Below, piece after piece: positions 49,292 to 59,088 of a stretch of 64,000 nt of DNA. The DNA lies in IMG/VR virus record IMGVR_UViG_2706795104_000001, positions 64,001 to 128,000 of that record. One strand, given 5' to 3'. Position numbers and translations under genes: made by a program. Origin of the DNA: an uncultured virus (IMG/VR IMGVR_UViG_2706795104_000001) (taxonomy: Duplodnaviria; Heunggongvirae; Uroviricota; Caudoviricetes; Herelleviridae). Below the pieces are notes generated by a model that did no database searches, was not told the origin of the DNA, and was given only the letters and a program-made list of their open reading frames with translations. Each line of letters begins with the position of its first letter. Within the stretch, counting starts at the first letter, position 1.

Positions 49292-49774
49292 ATGAAAACA
49301 ACAGCAACATTAAATACGGATCAGTTACAAGTGGTATGGGAGCAGCTAGACGGAGCGTGTGAAGCCGTAGAACGTTTACAAGAGAATGGTATTAGTACAG
49401 GATCGGTAGACTTCTCTTCACTGGTATCACTGAAGAACGAAGTGGAAGAGTTAATCCAAGCACAAGGTAAGAAACTTTCATTTAAGGATATCGTAGAAAC
49501 AAATAAAATCCCATTCAACTTAGAAGCAGTAAAGCGTGAGTTGAATGATGTAATAGATGGACGGTTCATGGTGCGACAGTATAAAGGGTACAGAATGCTA
49601 GATAAGCAAGGAATTTCCACCTATTATGTTTACTTCGACAATCCGTCACCTAAAAACAAAGACGGTATAACGGTAACATTAGAAGCACTTGGTCTAGAGC
49701 CAACGAAAATGCGTATCACTAGTGGGTCGTACGGATATATAATCGCATTTAAAGTGAAAGAGGAGGGCAAGTAA
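49292..49774 (+). CDS. Hypothetical early protein
   Basis: AAGGAG RBS after the promoter. Confidence 0.65.
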   Translation: MKTTATLNTDQLQVVWEQLDGACEAVERLQENGISTGSVDFSSLVSLKNEVEELIQAQGKKLSFKDIVETNKIPFNLEAVKRELNDVIDGRFMVRQYKGYRMLDKQGISTYYVYFDNPSPKNKDGITVTLEALGLEPTKMRITSGSYGYIIAFKVKEEGK

Positions 49775-49775
49775 C

Positions 49776-49988
49776 ATGGCGAAGGTTGTAAAGTTAGATA
49801 ACGGTCAGTTTCAAGCAACACTTAGTCAGGAGGAGCTAACTACTATAGCTCTCCTCCTAGGCTATAATAATGATAGTATAGTATTGGATTGTGCAGATGA
49901 CTGGGAGATTCCTAGCGAGGTACTTTGCGTAGGAGATGACGCAACAAACCTGTATCAAGAATTTTGGAGCAAAGTAGAACATAAATAA
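49776..49988 (+). CDS. Hypothetical protein
   Basis: GGAGG RBS. Confidence 0.6.
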   Translation: MAKVVKLDNGQFQATLSQEELTTIALLLGYNNDSIVLDCADDWEIPSEVLCVGDDATNLYQEFWSKVEHK

Positions 49989-50003
49989 GAGGGGGGAAAT
50001 TAA

Positions 50004-50348
50004 ATGATTTCAACAGGTAGAATTTCAGTAGCACAGTCTATACTAAACTTAGTTCTTGCAAGAGAGGAAGTACACCATATAGACGGTCACGTAGATACAT
50101 TCTGTAACGGTAGAGAGCAGGGTTTTACACTCTGCTTCTTCCAAGGAAGTGTACGAGCTATCTCATTTAGTGAGCACCGTAATACGGACTGTATCGTAGT
50201 ATATCATAGTTCAGAGCACGAGTCAGGTGGTGTATTTGGTTACTCGGATCAGTTTTGGGACAGTAGAAGGTTGTTTGATTACGGAGATTATGTAGGAGCA
50301 GTGAACTACATTCTTGAACTAATGGTGGGTGAGCCTAAGGAGGATTAA
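50004..50348 (+). CDS. Hypothetical protein
   Basis: GAGGGG RBS. Confidence 0.65.
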   Translation: MISTGRISVAQSILNLVLAREEVHHIDGHVDTFCNGREQGFTLCFFQGSVRAISFSEHRNTDCIVVYHSSEHESGGVFGYSDQFWDSRRLFDYGDYVGAVNYILELMVGEPKED

Positions 50349-50349
50349 T

Positions 50350-50643
50350 ATGGGTGATTTAGCAGATGATGCCGTAGAGTGGGCAATGAGAGAATACTAC
50401 GAGGAAAGGGAAGCATTTATAGAGGAGAAGTACGCTTGGACAGACCGAGCTACACACCTCCTCTCTACTAAGAACGATAAACAAGTAGTAGAGGAGGTTG
50501 AAAAAGTACTGAAGCGTGGCACCTACGATCCGAAGTACTTAGATAACCAACTATCTATGATAGCTTACTACTACGTACACGGTAGATTAACAGAAAAACA
50601 GAAGTGGGCAATGTGTTTGTTCGCTACAGAATATGAATTATAG
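50350..50643 (+). CDS. Hypothetical protein
   Basis: AAGGAGG RBS before ATG 50350. Confidence 0.65.
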   Translation: MGDLADDAVEWAMREYYEEREAFIEEKYAWTDRATHLLSTKNDKQVVEEVEKVLKRGTYDPKYLDNQLSMIAYYYVHGRLTEKQKWAMCLFATEYEL

Positions 50644-50654
50644 GAGGAAGCGCA

Positions 50655-51107
50655 ATGAAAATTAATGAATTATACGCAATGGAACCGAAGAAAGTTACTC
50701 GTGAATTAGGCGGCTTATCAGGATTCCGCTTTGACCATATCCCTGAGTTAACTAATCAGTTCTATGTAGACAGTTACTGGGGACTAGAGGAGAAGAACGA
50801 GAAGGTTGAAATTAAGTACTACATGGATCACTGTTTCGATGGTAGACGTGTGTGGGTGTTAGCTTCAGTATGGTATGAAGGTAAGCCAGTTATGGTCATT
50901 CAAAACGCTGGTCGTGGAGGTGACGACCACTATGCACGATATGTTACAGATAAGGACGCATATGATAGCATGGTTTCATATATTGTAAGTTTACTAGAAA
51001 CAGACTTCAAGATTGAGAAAGACCTGTATGACGCAGACGAAGATATTAAAGATATCACACATTTCTACGGTCACGATTTATATACAGTAGATAAAGTTAG
51101 ATGGTAA
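50655..51107 (+). CDS. Hypothetical protein
   Basis: AGGAGG RBS, 150 aa. Confidence 0.7.
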   Translation: MKINELYAMEPKKVTRELGGLSGFRFDHIPELTNQFYVDSYWGLEEKNEKVEIKYYMDHCFDGRRVWVLASVWYEGKPVMVIQNAGRGGDDHYARYVTDKDAYDSMVSYIVSLLETDFKIEKDLYDADEDIKDITHFYGHDLYTVDKVRW

Positions 51108-51110
51108 AAA

Positions 51111-51163
51111 AAAATTGTTGACTTAAAGACAACAGCATGGTAAATTAAGTACATAAGATAATT
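51111..51163 (+). promoter_or_regulatory. Early promoter, repeat copy 3
   Basis: AAAATTGTTGACTT-...-ATGGTAAATTAAGTACATAAGATAA; TTGACT-17-TAAATT. Confidence 0.75.
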
Positions 51164-51188
51164 ACTAACATATCAGGAGGAATTGAAA

Positions 51189-51923
51189 ATGGATAAATTC
51201 GGGAACCGCATGAAAGGTTATGAAAATGCTTATAGAACAAAGTTACCACAGAGAATGCCAGTAATCGTACGTATTGATGGTAAGGCATTCCACACTTATA
51301 CAAAAGGTATGAACCGACCATTCGATTCAACATTAGCATACACAATGTGGGAAACTTGCCAGTACTTAGCGAAGAACGTTATGGGTTGTAAACTAGCATA
51401 CACGCAATCTGACGAAATTAGTCTATTAATCACAAACTATGAAAAGCTAACAACTCAATCATGGTTCGATAACAACTTACAGAAGATCGTTTCAGTGGCC
51501 GCATCGCTCGCTACAGCGAAGTTTAACGAAGTTATGAGGGAATCATACCCTAAGAAGGAACTAGCTCTATTTGACGCTAGAGCGTGGGTCTTACCACAAG
51601 ATGAGGTAAATAACTACTTCTTATGGAGACAACAGGACGCTACAAAGAATAGTATCTCAATGGTAGCACAAGCAAACTTCCCACACAAAGCTCTGCAAGG
51701 TCTAAACGGTAAGCAGCTACAAGATAAGTTAATGCTAGAGAAGGACATTAATTGGAACGACTTACCTGTATGGCAGAAACGAGGAGTGTGCATCGTAAAA
51801 GAGTTCTACACAAAAAACGGAGCTTTACGATCCCGTTGGGCAGTAGATGAGAACACACCAGTATTTTCGCAAGACACAGGTTACATTAACGGTTTAGTAT
51901 ACCCAGTGAAGGAGGATAAATAA
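51189..51923 (+). CDS. thg1: tRNA-His guanylyltransferase Thg1-like protein (3'-5' polymerase)
   Basis: RMKGYE...VRIDGKAFHTYT; YTQSDEISLL; FDAR; YFLWRQQDA.KNS; W..LP..QKRG. Confidence 0.92.
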   Translation: MDKFGNRMKGYENAYRTKLPQRMPVIVRIDGKAFHTYTKGMNRPFDSTLAYTMWETCQYLAKNVMGCKLAYTQSDEISLLITNYEKLTTQSWFDNNLQKIVSVAASLATAKFNEVMRESYPKKELALFDARAWVLPQDEVNNYFLWRQQDATKNSISMVAQANFPHKALQGLNGKQLQDKLMLEKDINWNDLPVWQKRGVCIVKEFYTKNGALRSRWAVDENTPVFSQDTGYINGLVYPVKEDK

Positions 51924-51924
51924 G

Positions 51925-52311
51925 ATGGAATCAACAAAATTGTTCTCATTCGTTTACTATAAGGGAACTACAGTAGTAAGTGCGAAGTCAGGGTGCTATA
52001 AAGACTCAACAGAAGCAGTAACAAAAGCACAGCAAGAGTTACCATTGTATAACGCAGATGTTGTAGAGATTCATAGCTACAACTACAACGCAGGAATATT
52101 CTCGAAGTATATCAGTATCACTTCGAAACGAAATGATATCAAGTGGAAAGATACGTTCAACGCTAGAAACATTTTAGGTAAAGATTTCTACGAATGTCAA
52201 AATATTGCTAAGAGTGTAGGTTATAAGTATCTTCTATTCAATGGACAAGTATATAGTGTAACTGGGTCAATTAATAACGAACTTTGCGAAGAGAAAGACT
52301 TAATCGTCTAA
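51925..52311 (+). CDS. Hypothetical protein
   Basis: AGGAGG RBS. Confidence 0.65.
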   Translation: MESTKLFSFVYYKGTTVVSAKSGCYKDSTEAVTKAQQELPLYNADVVEIHSYNYNAGIFSKYISITSKRNDIKWKDTFNARNILGKDFYECQNIAKSVGYKYLLFNGQVYSVTGSINNELCEEKDLIV

Positions 52312-52324
52312 GGAGGGACAAGCT

Positions 52325-52603
52325 ATGAACCTATATCGACAAATTACAGCCGAAGAGTTAAGAGATGAGATTAACATAATGTATAATCGTGCCTTGATAC
52401 GAGAAGAGAAAGACCGAGAAGTCGTACTACATGCTGTTAAAATGATGAGTCGTAGAGAAGCGAAGCAAGCAATCCGAATGTACTTCCACGATTCTAGAGA
52501 CTGTTCTGAGTTCTATAACAGAATAAAGAAACTATACTTCGCTCTAGAATGGGTTCAATCAGGTACACCAGTTTACACAGACTACATAAGAGAGGATGAT
52601 TAA
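52325..52603 (+). CDS. Hypothetical protein
   Basis: AAGGAGG RBS. Confidence 0.65.
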   Translation: MNLYRQITAEELRDEINIMYNRALIREEKDREVVLHAVKMMSRREAKQAIRMYFHDSRDCSEFYNRIKKLYFALEWVQSGTPVYTDYIREDD

Positions 52604-53168
52604 GATGGCACTGTATATTATCCTAACTTTAATCGGTCTTTACATAGGCAGAGGGATTGTAACTGCAAACCGAGACATTGTAGACGTTAAAAAGCAGCTA
52701 ACCTTATATCAGGAAGGTAGATTTAAAGAAGTAGATGACGAAGCGTGGGAAGCAGTAAAAGATATCAATAAAATTGCAGATGTGACAGGTAATAAGTTTA
52801 CTTTTGGATTCATGTATGTGTTCCTTGTACTTGTATCCCCGTTCGCAGAAATGAAGTACTATTTAAGTCCTACGGGATTAAAAGAGATTTACGCTGATTA
52901 CAAAATGTACAAGCTAAAGAAGAAACTACGAAAGTATAAAAATGGCACACTAGTAGAAATTACAAACCCACAAGAGAAGGATTACGAGTGGGATTACGAA
53001 GGTGAGTGGGAGAAACACAAAGGTTGGCTAGGTAAGATTGTAGATTACTTCCCTCCTTCTGAGGAGCATGGAGAACGTGAAGCATATGAGATTAAGTTTG
53101 AGGGAGTTGAAGACACCTTCGAATACGAGCCTGATGAGTTTACTATCACTAATAAAGGAGGAAATTAA
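52596..53168 (+). CDS. Membrane protein with C-terminal SH3/KOW-like segment
   Basis: Two hydrophobic stretches; GTLVEI...GWLGKIV...YEIKF. Confidence 0.55.
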   Translation: MIKMALYIILTLIGLYIGRGIVTANRDIVDVKKQLTLYQEGRFKEVDDEAWEAVKDINKIADVTGNKFTFGFMYVFLVLVSPFAEMKYYLSPTGLKEIYADYKMYKLKKKLRKYKNGTLVEITNPQEKDYEWDYEGEWEKHKGWLGKIVDYFPPSEEHGEREAYEIKFEGVEDTFEYEPDEFTITNKGGN

Positions 53169-53169
53169 A

Positions 53170-53517
53170 ATGAGTTGGAAGACAAGATTGAATGGACAAG
53201 GTATAATAATTAATGGACAAGTTGACGCTTACTTGAAAGGTGAGGGATTCTACGAATCTACAATGAGTCCGAGATTCTTCAATGACTTCTCATTCTCAGA
53301 CCGTATTCAGTATCCTGACGCACCGTGTTTGCGATTAGACACTGACGATCCTGATAACAAAGAATACACAATGCGTATCTTCGTATCAGCGCACGAACTT
53401 TACATGGAAGTGCAGAATAGTTGGCGTAGCCTAGATAGGTCATGGTATGTACCTGCCCCTGACGGTGTGGACATTGAGAACATTGACGAATTGCTAGACG
53501 AATTAATTGGAGCATAG
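53170..53517 (+). CDS. Hypothetical protein
   Basis: AAGGAGG RBS before ATG 53170. Confidence 0.65.
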   Translation: MSWKTRLNGQGIIINGQVDAYLKGEGFYESTMSPRFFNDFSFSDRIQYPDAPCLRLDTDDPDNKEYTMRIFVSAHELYMEVQNSWRSLDRSWYVPAPDGVDIENIDELLDELIGA

Positions 53518-53528
53518 GAGGAATCATC

Positions 53529-53741
53529 ATGCACAAAAGTAAACTAAATATCTCGAACACATTGCGGTCCGAGATTAAACAGCAAGAAACTACAACACGA
53601 AAATTAGCGTCTGAGGTTGGTCTACACCAGCCCCAAGTAAGTAAGGTCTTAACAGGTACCAACTACCAAATCGACACGCTCATCAAAGTTCTAGACGGGT
53701 TAGGATTAGAGATACAACTAACTAAGAAGGGTGGAAAATAA
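53529..53741 (+). CDS. XRE-family helix-turn-helix protein
   Basis: TTRKLASEVGLHQPQVSKVLTG.NYQIDTLIKVLDGLG. Confidence 0.85.
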   Translation: MHKSKLNISNTLRSEIKQQETTTRKLASEVGLHQPQVSKVLTGTNYQIDTLIKVLDGLGLEIQLTKKGGK

Positions 53742-53742
53742 A

Positions 53743-54141
53743 ATGAAAAAGAAATTAATTGCAGGTTTAATGTCTATTATGGCAATAACAGGTTTAGCAG
53801 GTTGTAGTACAGAAGCAGATGTAGTTTCAGAGAATTTATCTAAATCAGCAGATTCATTTGAAGTGCAACGGAGAATTGTTTTCTTAAATGGTATCACTGA
53901 CAAGTATCTTCTTTCGATTGAGGGGTTATGTTCATTTGACGCTTCCGATTCAAAGAAGGTTAGTGTTACTTGTAAGGTCGGGGAGGGTAAATATAAAAAA
54001 CACTCTCTAGGATTAAGTGATAATGTAACATTCTTCTCAGAACAAACAGATGCTAAATACGAAGATGCGTACCACTACAAAGTACTATTCAGACCTGAAG
54101 AAATCATTCCTGATATTAAGTTACAGACAAGCAACAAATAA
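53743..54141 (+). CDS. Lipoprotein
   Basis: MKKKLIAGLMSIMAITGLAGC lipobox. Confidence 0.8.
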   Translation: MKKKLIAGLMSIMAITGLAGCSTEADVVSENLSKSADSFEVQRRIVFLNGITDKYLLSIEGLCSFDASDSKKVSVTCKVGEGKYKKHSLGLSDNVTFFSEQTDAKYEDAYHYKVLFRPEEIIPDIKLQTSNK

Positions 54142-54165
54142 ACTACTGAAAGAGGAGGAATTAAG

Positions 54166-54462
54166 ATGAGTGGAGGAAGTTTCAACTACTTATGCTACAA
54201 ACAAACATACGAACTATTTGACGAGGAGAACTTAACCGAACTAGAGAACATGGCAACTAGTTTGATTGAGTTAGGTCATAAAGATGCGGCCCAAGAATTA
54301 CTAAACATGAAATATACGATCGAGCAGTCTTTGGTACGTGTAGGGACTATGAAAGGTAGATTACGTGATGTTATGCACGCAGTCGAATGGTATGTAAGTG
54401 GTGATAGGGGCAAGGAAGCAGTTGCAGAAGCCGTAAAAGAGTACAGAGGTGAAAATTTATAA
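54166..54462 (+). CDS. Hypothetical protein
   Basis: GAGGAGG RBS; MSGGSFNYLC start. Confidence 0.7.
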   Translation: MSGGSFNYLCYKQTYELFDEENLTELENMATSLIELGHKDAAQELLNMKYTIEQSLVRVGTMKGRLRDVMHAVEWYVSGDRGKEAVAEAVKEYRGENL

Positions 54463-54534
54463 ATTTAGATAGTTACAGATGATACTTTATATTGTATAAT
54501 AGAGGAGGAATATAAGTTAGAGAGGGGTTACAGT

Positions 54535-55098
54535 ATGAATCCATTTGAGAATGAGGATTTAATTAAGATTTCAGCAAGTGATTTAACGTACCACAGACGG
54601 GGAGTTCTCTACGTAGAGAAACGTCCCTACTACATAGTAGAGTTGATTAAGGAGCCAAACACTGCGTTATATGCAGTTGTGTATGCGGTCCAACCAGGTA
54701 CAGAAAGCAATCCGAAGAAACGAGCTACACCCATTGTCAACAACGCAAACCGATTTAGTGGGGAAACAAGATTAGGTCAGATTGCAAACATGATGTTCCC
54801 TGTAAAGAAGACGACAGGGTGGAAGGAGAATCCACCACTATTCGTATCACCTGTACTTAGCGGCCGAGTGGCTACACTTACAGGAGTGAACGAAGACGGA
54901 TTCTTCGAACGTACACCTGATAGATGGACTTCTGTAGGGGGCACGAAGAAGTTAGAGCACGGTCAACCAACAGGAGTGTTTATTGGGTTATCTACGGTGA
55001 AGTGGGATGAGATTACACATATCCCAGTAGACTCACTTGTACAAGCTATGATCCGTAATAAACAGACGAGTGACTTCTTCGACTTATCAGGAAAATAA
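54535..55098 (+). CDS. Hypothetical protein
   Basis: GAGGGG RBS, TG-TATAAT upstream. Confidence 0.7.
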   Translation: MNPFENEDLIKISASDLTYHRRGVLYVEKRPYYIVELIKEPNTALYAVVYAVQPGTESNPKKRATPIVNNANRFSGETRLGQIANMMFPVKKTTGWKENPPLFVSPVLSGRVATLTGVNEDGFFERTPDRWTSVGGTKKLEHGQPTGVFIGLSTVKWDEITHIPVDSLVQAMIRNKQTSDFFDLSGK

Positions 55099-55120
55099 TA
55101 GTTTACTAGGAGGGTAATGT

Positions 55121-55264
55121 ATGCCGTATGTAATCGTAACTGAGTACTGCCCACATTGTAAGAGTGAGCAGGATATCAAACATAGTTTTGTCGTGACATG
55201 TCTTAACTGTAGAAATGTACTTAGAGACATGTGGGATGATGAGGAGGACGATGACAATGAATAG
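55121..55264 (+). CDS. Small Zn-ribbon protein (47 aa), not in ORF track
   Basis: AGGAGG RBS; CPHC...CLNC and acidic tail. Confidence 0.6.
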   Translation: MPYVIVTEYCPHCKSEQDIKHSFVVTCLNCRNVLRDMWDDEEDDDNE

Positions 55265-55715
55265 AGAGCAGCAATTAGAATTAGAAATTCTACAGAAGCA
55301 AGCAGAATTACGTAAACTACAAAAGGAGAAAGAGGATAGAAAGAAACCGATTCCTTTTGATCCTGAAGGTACATGGAGGGTAACAACCGAAGGTGACTGC
55401 GAAGGACGTAGCACTAGACACTTAGGTATATACGAAGGTCATGTACTAGATGTGGTGCGTCAGTTAGCAGGACAAGTCTACTACCAATTGACGTTAGAGC
55501 GTGTACAACCTCAGAGAGCTACAAAGCTCACTAAAGGAGCAAGACGATCCGTACAGTTCCATGTTAGCGCAGGAGACAGAGAAGAACAGGAAAAGTTACC
55601 TTCAGGTGATAGTAACGCACAGTTCAGAGCATTAGCGCAACATCTGAGAGACGGAGAGTCACTTAAAGAAGGTAACTACTACAATGCAGTAGAATTAACT
55701 TGGGAGGTAAAATAA
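55251..55715 (+). CDS. Hypothetical protein
   Basis: GAGGAGG RBS; W.VTTEGDCEGRS motif. Confidence 0.65.
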   Translation: MTMNREQQLELEILQKQAELRKLQKEKEDRKKPIPFDPEGTWRVTTEGDCEGRSTRHLGIYEGHVLDVVRQLAGQVYYQLTLERVQPQRATKLTKGARRSVQFHVSAGDREEQEKLPSGDSNAQFRALAQHLRDGESLKEGNYYNAVELTWEVK

Positions 55716-55716
55716 T

Positions 55717-56067
55717 ATGAATAAAACAATAGACTTTATGCTTAAATGGTTCTTACCAATTTGTATCATGATTATCCTCTTCTCGGGAGCAGGTCAGATA
55801 GTGTACGGTTCCGTGACTGTAGGTCTAATTCAGGTATTCACAGGGTTCTATGTCGCAACTATGATTACACCTATGAAAATGGAACGAATGGTTAAGCGTT
55901 ACGCTATTTGGTTGGGGATCTTAACTGTAGGGATGATTATTAGTCTTATCGTTCTCCTATTCATAGGAAACTACTTTGGAGCGTTCAGTACTGTGTTAGT
56001 CACTGGTGCAGGTATGTATAACATTTACATTCTATACTTCAAACAGGGTAAGGAGGATCAGGAATGA
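55717..56067 (+). CDS. Membrane protein (about 4 TM)
   Basis: Hydrophobic segments, GGAGG RBS. Confidence 0.7.
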   Translation: MNKTIDFMLKWFLPICIMIILFSGAGQIVYGSVTVGLIQVFTGFYVATMITPMKMERMVKRYAIWLGILTVGMIISLIVLLFIGNYFGAFSTVLVTGAGMYNIYILYFKQGKEDQE

Positions 56068-56366
56068 TTATACACAAACAGGAAGTAAAAGAAACCATCA
56101 AGGTGTTCCACAACAGTCGTAAAGAGATGTGGGAGAACCTAGAGAAGTTAAAGTTAGAAGGTTGGTCAGGAAATACTCGTGTAAGTGCTGTAGGTTTGGT
56201 TTTAATTCGACAAGAACTAGGTCACTCGGATATTGAGTGGTTAAACGAGAGGTACCCTGATTTAGTTATTCATGAGCCTGAAGCAGGTAGCTACATATAC
56301 ACACAACCCTATGTGTTCTACACGGAACACGAGAAAATTATCAAGGAGGAATATAAAAATGAATAG
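56064..56366 (+). CDS. Hypothetical protein
   Basis: AAGGAGG RBS. Confidence 0.65.
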   Translation: MIIHKQEVKETIKVFHNSRKEMWENLEKLKLEGWSGNTRVSAVGLVLIRQELGHSDIEWLNERYPDLVIHEPEAGSYIYTQPYVFYTEHEKIIKEEYKNE

Positions 56367-56574
56367 TTCAGACAAATTTTCAGGTATTTTCCAAATAATT
56401 GCTACTTTGTTGTTAGGGTGTACAATCGTATTTAATTTATCCACAGGAGCACCTGTTTTCGGTTGGGTGTACGTTGTCTTTGTACTCAGTTTCATTTGGA
56501 TGCTACTAGGTAATCCAATGTTCACAGAGAGGTTCCCATACTTTAAAAACTTATTGAAACGTAAGGGGGAATAA
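56359..56574 (+). CDS. Small membrane protein
   Basis: AAGGAGG RBS before ATG 56359; two TM segments. Confidence 0.65.
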   Translation: MNSSDKFSGIFQIIATLLLGCTIVFNLSTGAPVFGWVYVVFVLSFIWMLLGNPMFTERFPYFKNLLKRKGE

Positions 56575-56576
56575 AC

Positions 56577-57329
56577 TTGGGGAAATGGAAAGATAGAATT
56601 TGGTTCCATAAGTCTAAGGAGACGACAGGTCTTCGTTGCTGGCTACACTGGGGAGACGCAGTGTGGCACTATGAGGGCTACACCTTTAAGAACGCAAACA
56701 AACTAGGATTCAGTATAGATGTAGGAGGAGACGAGAACGACCTCTCCTTCTCTCTAGGTATTAAAGGACTGTTTACATTCTATTTCGGTGTAGATGGACT
56801 ATTACCTCGTAAGTGGAAATACAAACACTTACCTGTCACACGTAACTACGGGATTAGTGCATTTGACGAGTACATAAGCATTGAGTTCCACCGAGACGAC
56901 TATGGACACGAAGAAGGTTGGAGAGGTTTCCACAAGATGATTAACTGGAAGAATGTAATCTTCGGTAAAGACAAGTATACAGAGGAAGAGATACACACGA
57001 TGCGTGGGTACGTTAGAATGCCTGAAGGTGACTATGCGGCCACGATCCGAGCTTACAACGCTACATGGACTCGTAAACGCTTTGTAGCTCCTGTAACCAT
57101 TACCCGTTACGAAATCACACCTGACATTCCTATTCCTGAGCCAGGTAAAGGAGAGAACGGATGGGATCAGGAGGATGACGCTACGTTCTGTACAACAATC
57201 CGAGCAGATAGTGTATCCGATGCACTGTTCCGTATGGCACAAAGTATCATGCGTACACGAGAGAGAAGAGAAGGTAAGAACTGGGCTCCTGAAGCAGGTT
57301 TCTCGGACAAGCTGAACCAACCATTGTAA
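56577..57329 (+). CDS. Hypothetical protein
   Basis: 250 aa, TTG start, followed by terminator GAGAATGC-N8-GCATTCTC-TTTT. Confidence 0.7.
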   Translation: MGKWKDRIWFHKSKETTGLRCWLHWGDAVWHYEGYTFKNANKLGFSIDVGGDENDLSFSLGIKGLFTFYFGVDGLLPRKWKYKHLPVTRNYGISAFDEYISIEFHRDDYGHEEGWRGFHKMINWKNVIFGKDKYTEEEIHTMRGYVRMPEGDYAATIRAYNATWTRKRFVAPVTITRYEITPDIPIPEPGKGENGWDQEDDATFCTTIRADSVSDALFRMAQSIMRTRERREGKNWAPEAGFSDKLNQPL

Positions 57330-57383
57330 AAAGAGGAGAATGCTATAACAGGCATTCTCTTTTCGTTAGAGAGGGGATACATA

Positions 57384-58100
57384 ATGAAACGATTTTATGA
57401 ACAAGATATAAAAGACCTGATTCTAGAGAAGCAACATCTATTCGTATCAAATACAGACGCATCTACAGTCGTGTTTGAAAAAGGGATCGTAATTGGTTCT
57501 ACGATTGCAGACTGCTTGATATTCTCACGAGAGAAAGGTATTATAGGAATTGAAATTAAAACAGAAAGAGATTCAACACGTAGATTAAATAATCAGTTAA
57601 AGAATTACAGTCTTGTGTGTGATTGGGTTTACGTTATGTGCCACGATAACCACGTAGAGAAGGTTGAAGACATATTAGCTAAGAACGGACATCATCACGT
57701 AGGCATCTTAGCATATACGGAGTTTAGGGGGGTAGCTATCCTAGGGGAATACAGAACTCCTAAGCGATCCCCTTATAAGAAAGTAAACGTAGCATATCAG
57801 ATGCTATGGAAGGAAGAGATTAACAATATTCTCGGAAGTTTCAAACGACAGGTAAGTACACTGGAAGAGTTTGGGATGAAAGTGGATACAGTAGACAGTA
57901 GGTCAGGAGGATTAAACGGTCTCTATGTGCAGTCTAATGCTTCTAAGAAGTACTTGAAGAAGTCAGATATGATTAACATGATTATAGGTAGACTTGGGGA
58001 GACACAGGCAAATACACTGCTTTGTAACATCTTTATAGCAGGTAAAATGCACCCCGATAAACAATTGTCCTTCCACCACTTCAAAAGAAAAGATATATGA
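57384..58100 (+). CDS. PD-(D/E)XK nuclease-like protein (sce7726-like)
   Basis: IADCL...IGIEIKTERDS.RRL.NQL..Y..V.D.VYV. Confidence 0.7.
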   Translation: MKRFYEQDIKDLILEKQHLFVSNTDASTVVFEKGIVIGSTIADCLIFSREKGIIGIEIKTERDSTRRLNNQLKNYSLVCDWVYVMCHDNHVEKVEDILAKNGHHHVGILAYTEFRGVAILGEYRTPKRSPYKKVNVAYQMLWKEEINNILGSFKRQVSTLEEFGMKVDTVDSRSGGLNGLYVQSNASKKYLKKSDMINMIIGRLGETQANTLLCNIFIAGKMHPDKQLSFHHFKRKDI

Positions 58101-58138
58101 TACAATAGAGAGGAGAATAAACGTAAAGGGGAATTGTT

Positions 58139-58909
58139 ATGGCAAAGAAAATTGAAGCGGTAGAACGAGTAGGTACAGTAGGGGTAAATAGTCACGGGTC
58201 ACGGATGGTAGTAGTATGGTACGAGAACAGTAAGAAAGTTATCGTACAGTTTGAGCAAGGTAACGTTGTACAAACTAGTTGGCAGCTGTTCATCAAAGGA
58301 TCAGTAAAGAATCCGTACGACAAAACACTTCTTGGTGTAGGATACATGGGGTTAGGTCGCTATAGCTCTAAGACGGAGGATGGAGAAGATAACCCCATCT
58401 ACTACACTTGGCTTCGTATGATGAGACGTTGTTACGATGAGAATACACACAAAAGACAACCTGCGTATATTAACTGTATAGTTGATCCTGATTGGCACAA
58501 CTTCCAAAACTTTGCAAAGTGGTACGAGGAAAACTATTATGAGGTTGACGGAGAGACTATGTGCCTTGACAAAGATATACGTATTAAAGGTAATAAAGTA
58601 TACTCACCTGATACATGTATCTTTGCTCCGACTCTCATTAATAACCTGTTTATAACAAACGATAGTAGAAGAGGGGAGCTACCTGTAGGAGTCGTATACG
58701 ATAAGAAACACGACAAATACATAGCGCAATATAGGACTCCTCAAGGTAAACATTGGATAGGAAGATTCAAAACGGCAGAAGAAGCTTTCCTTGCTTATAA
58801 AGAGTTTAAGGAAGTTTATATAAAGAAGGTTGCAGAGGAATATAAGGGTAAAATACCACATACACTCTATAATATAATGATGACGTACAAGATAGAGATG
58901 ACTGACTAA
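58139..58909 (+). CDS. Free-standing HNH-type homing endonuclease with C-terminal AP2 domain
   Basis: YYTWLRMMRRCY; W.NFQNFAKW; LDKDI...NKVYSPDTC; GVVYDK...YIAQ....IGRFKTAEEA..AY. Confidence 0.85.
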   Translation: MAKKIEAVERVGTVGVNSHGSRMVVVWYENSKKVIVQFEQGNVVQTSWQLFIKGSVKNPYDKTLLGVGYMGLGRYSSKTEDGEDNPIYYTWLRMMRRCYDENTHKRQPAYINCIVDPDWHNFQNFAKWYEENYYEVDGETMCLDKDIRIKGNKVYSPDTCIFAPTLINNLFITNDSRRGELPVGVVYDKKHDKYIAQYRTPQGKHWIGRFKTAEEAFLAYKEFKEVYIKKVAEEYKGKIPHTLYNIMMTYKIEMTD

Positions 58910-58949
58910 CTTTCCATCATTTTAAGAAAAAGTAAGAAAAAAGTGGAAA

Positions 58950-59088
58950 TAGACTTCTAAAAGTATGTATGATATCATAAAGATAGGAGTATACTATAAC
59001 TACAAAGTTATCGGATATACTCCTTTCCTCCTTACATCGGAGGTTGGAGTAGAGACAGGAGACAACTAAAATTAAGGAGGAATTTACA
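58950..59088 (+). promoter_or_regulatory. Promoter plus structured 5' leader containing an anti-SD sequence
   Basis: TAGACT-17-TATCAT (TG-extended); stem 58985-58993/59016-59024; TTCCTCCTTA (59025-59034) is the exact complement of the RBS TAAGGAGGAA (59073-59082). Confidence 0.6.

Noticed and set aside
46778-51163. Promoter repeats as CRISPR or att/integron-like sites
   Set aside because: They are kilobases apart, contain clear -35/-10 boxes, and no recombinase gene is seen in the window.
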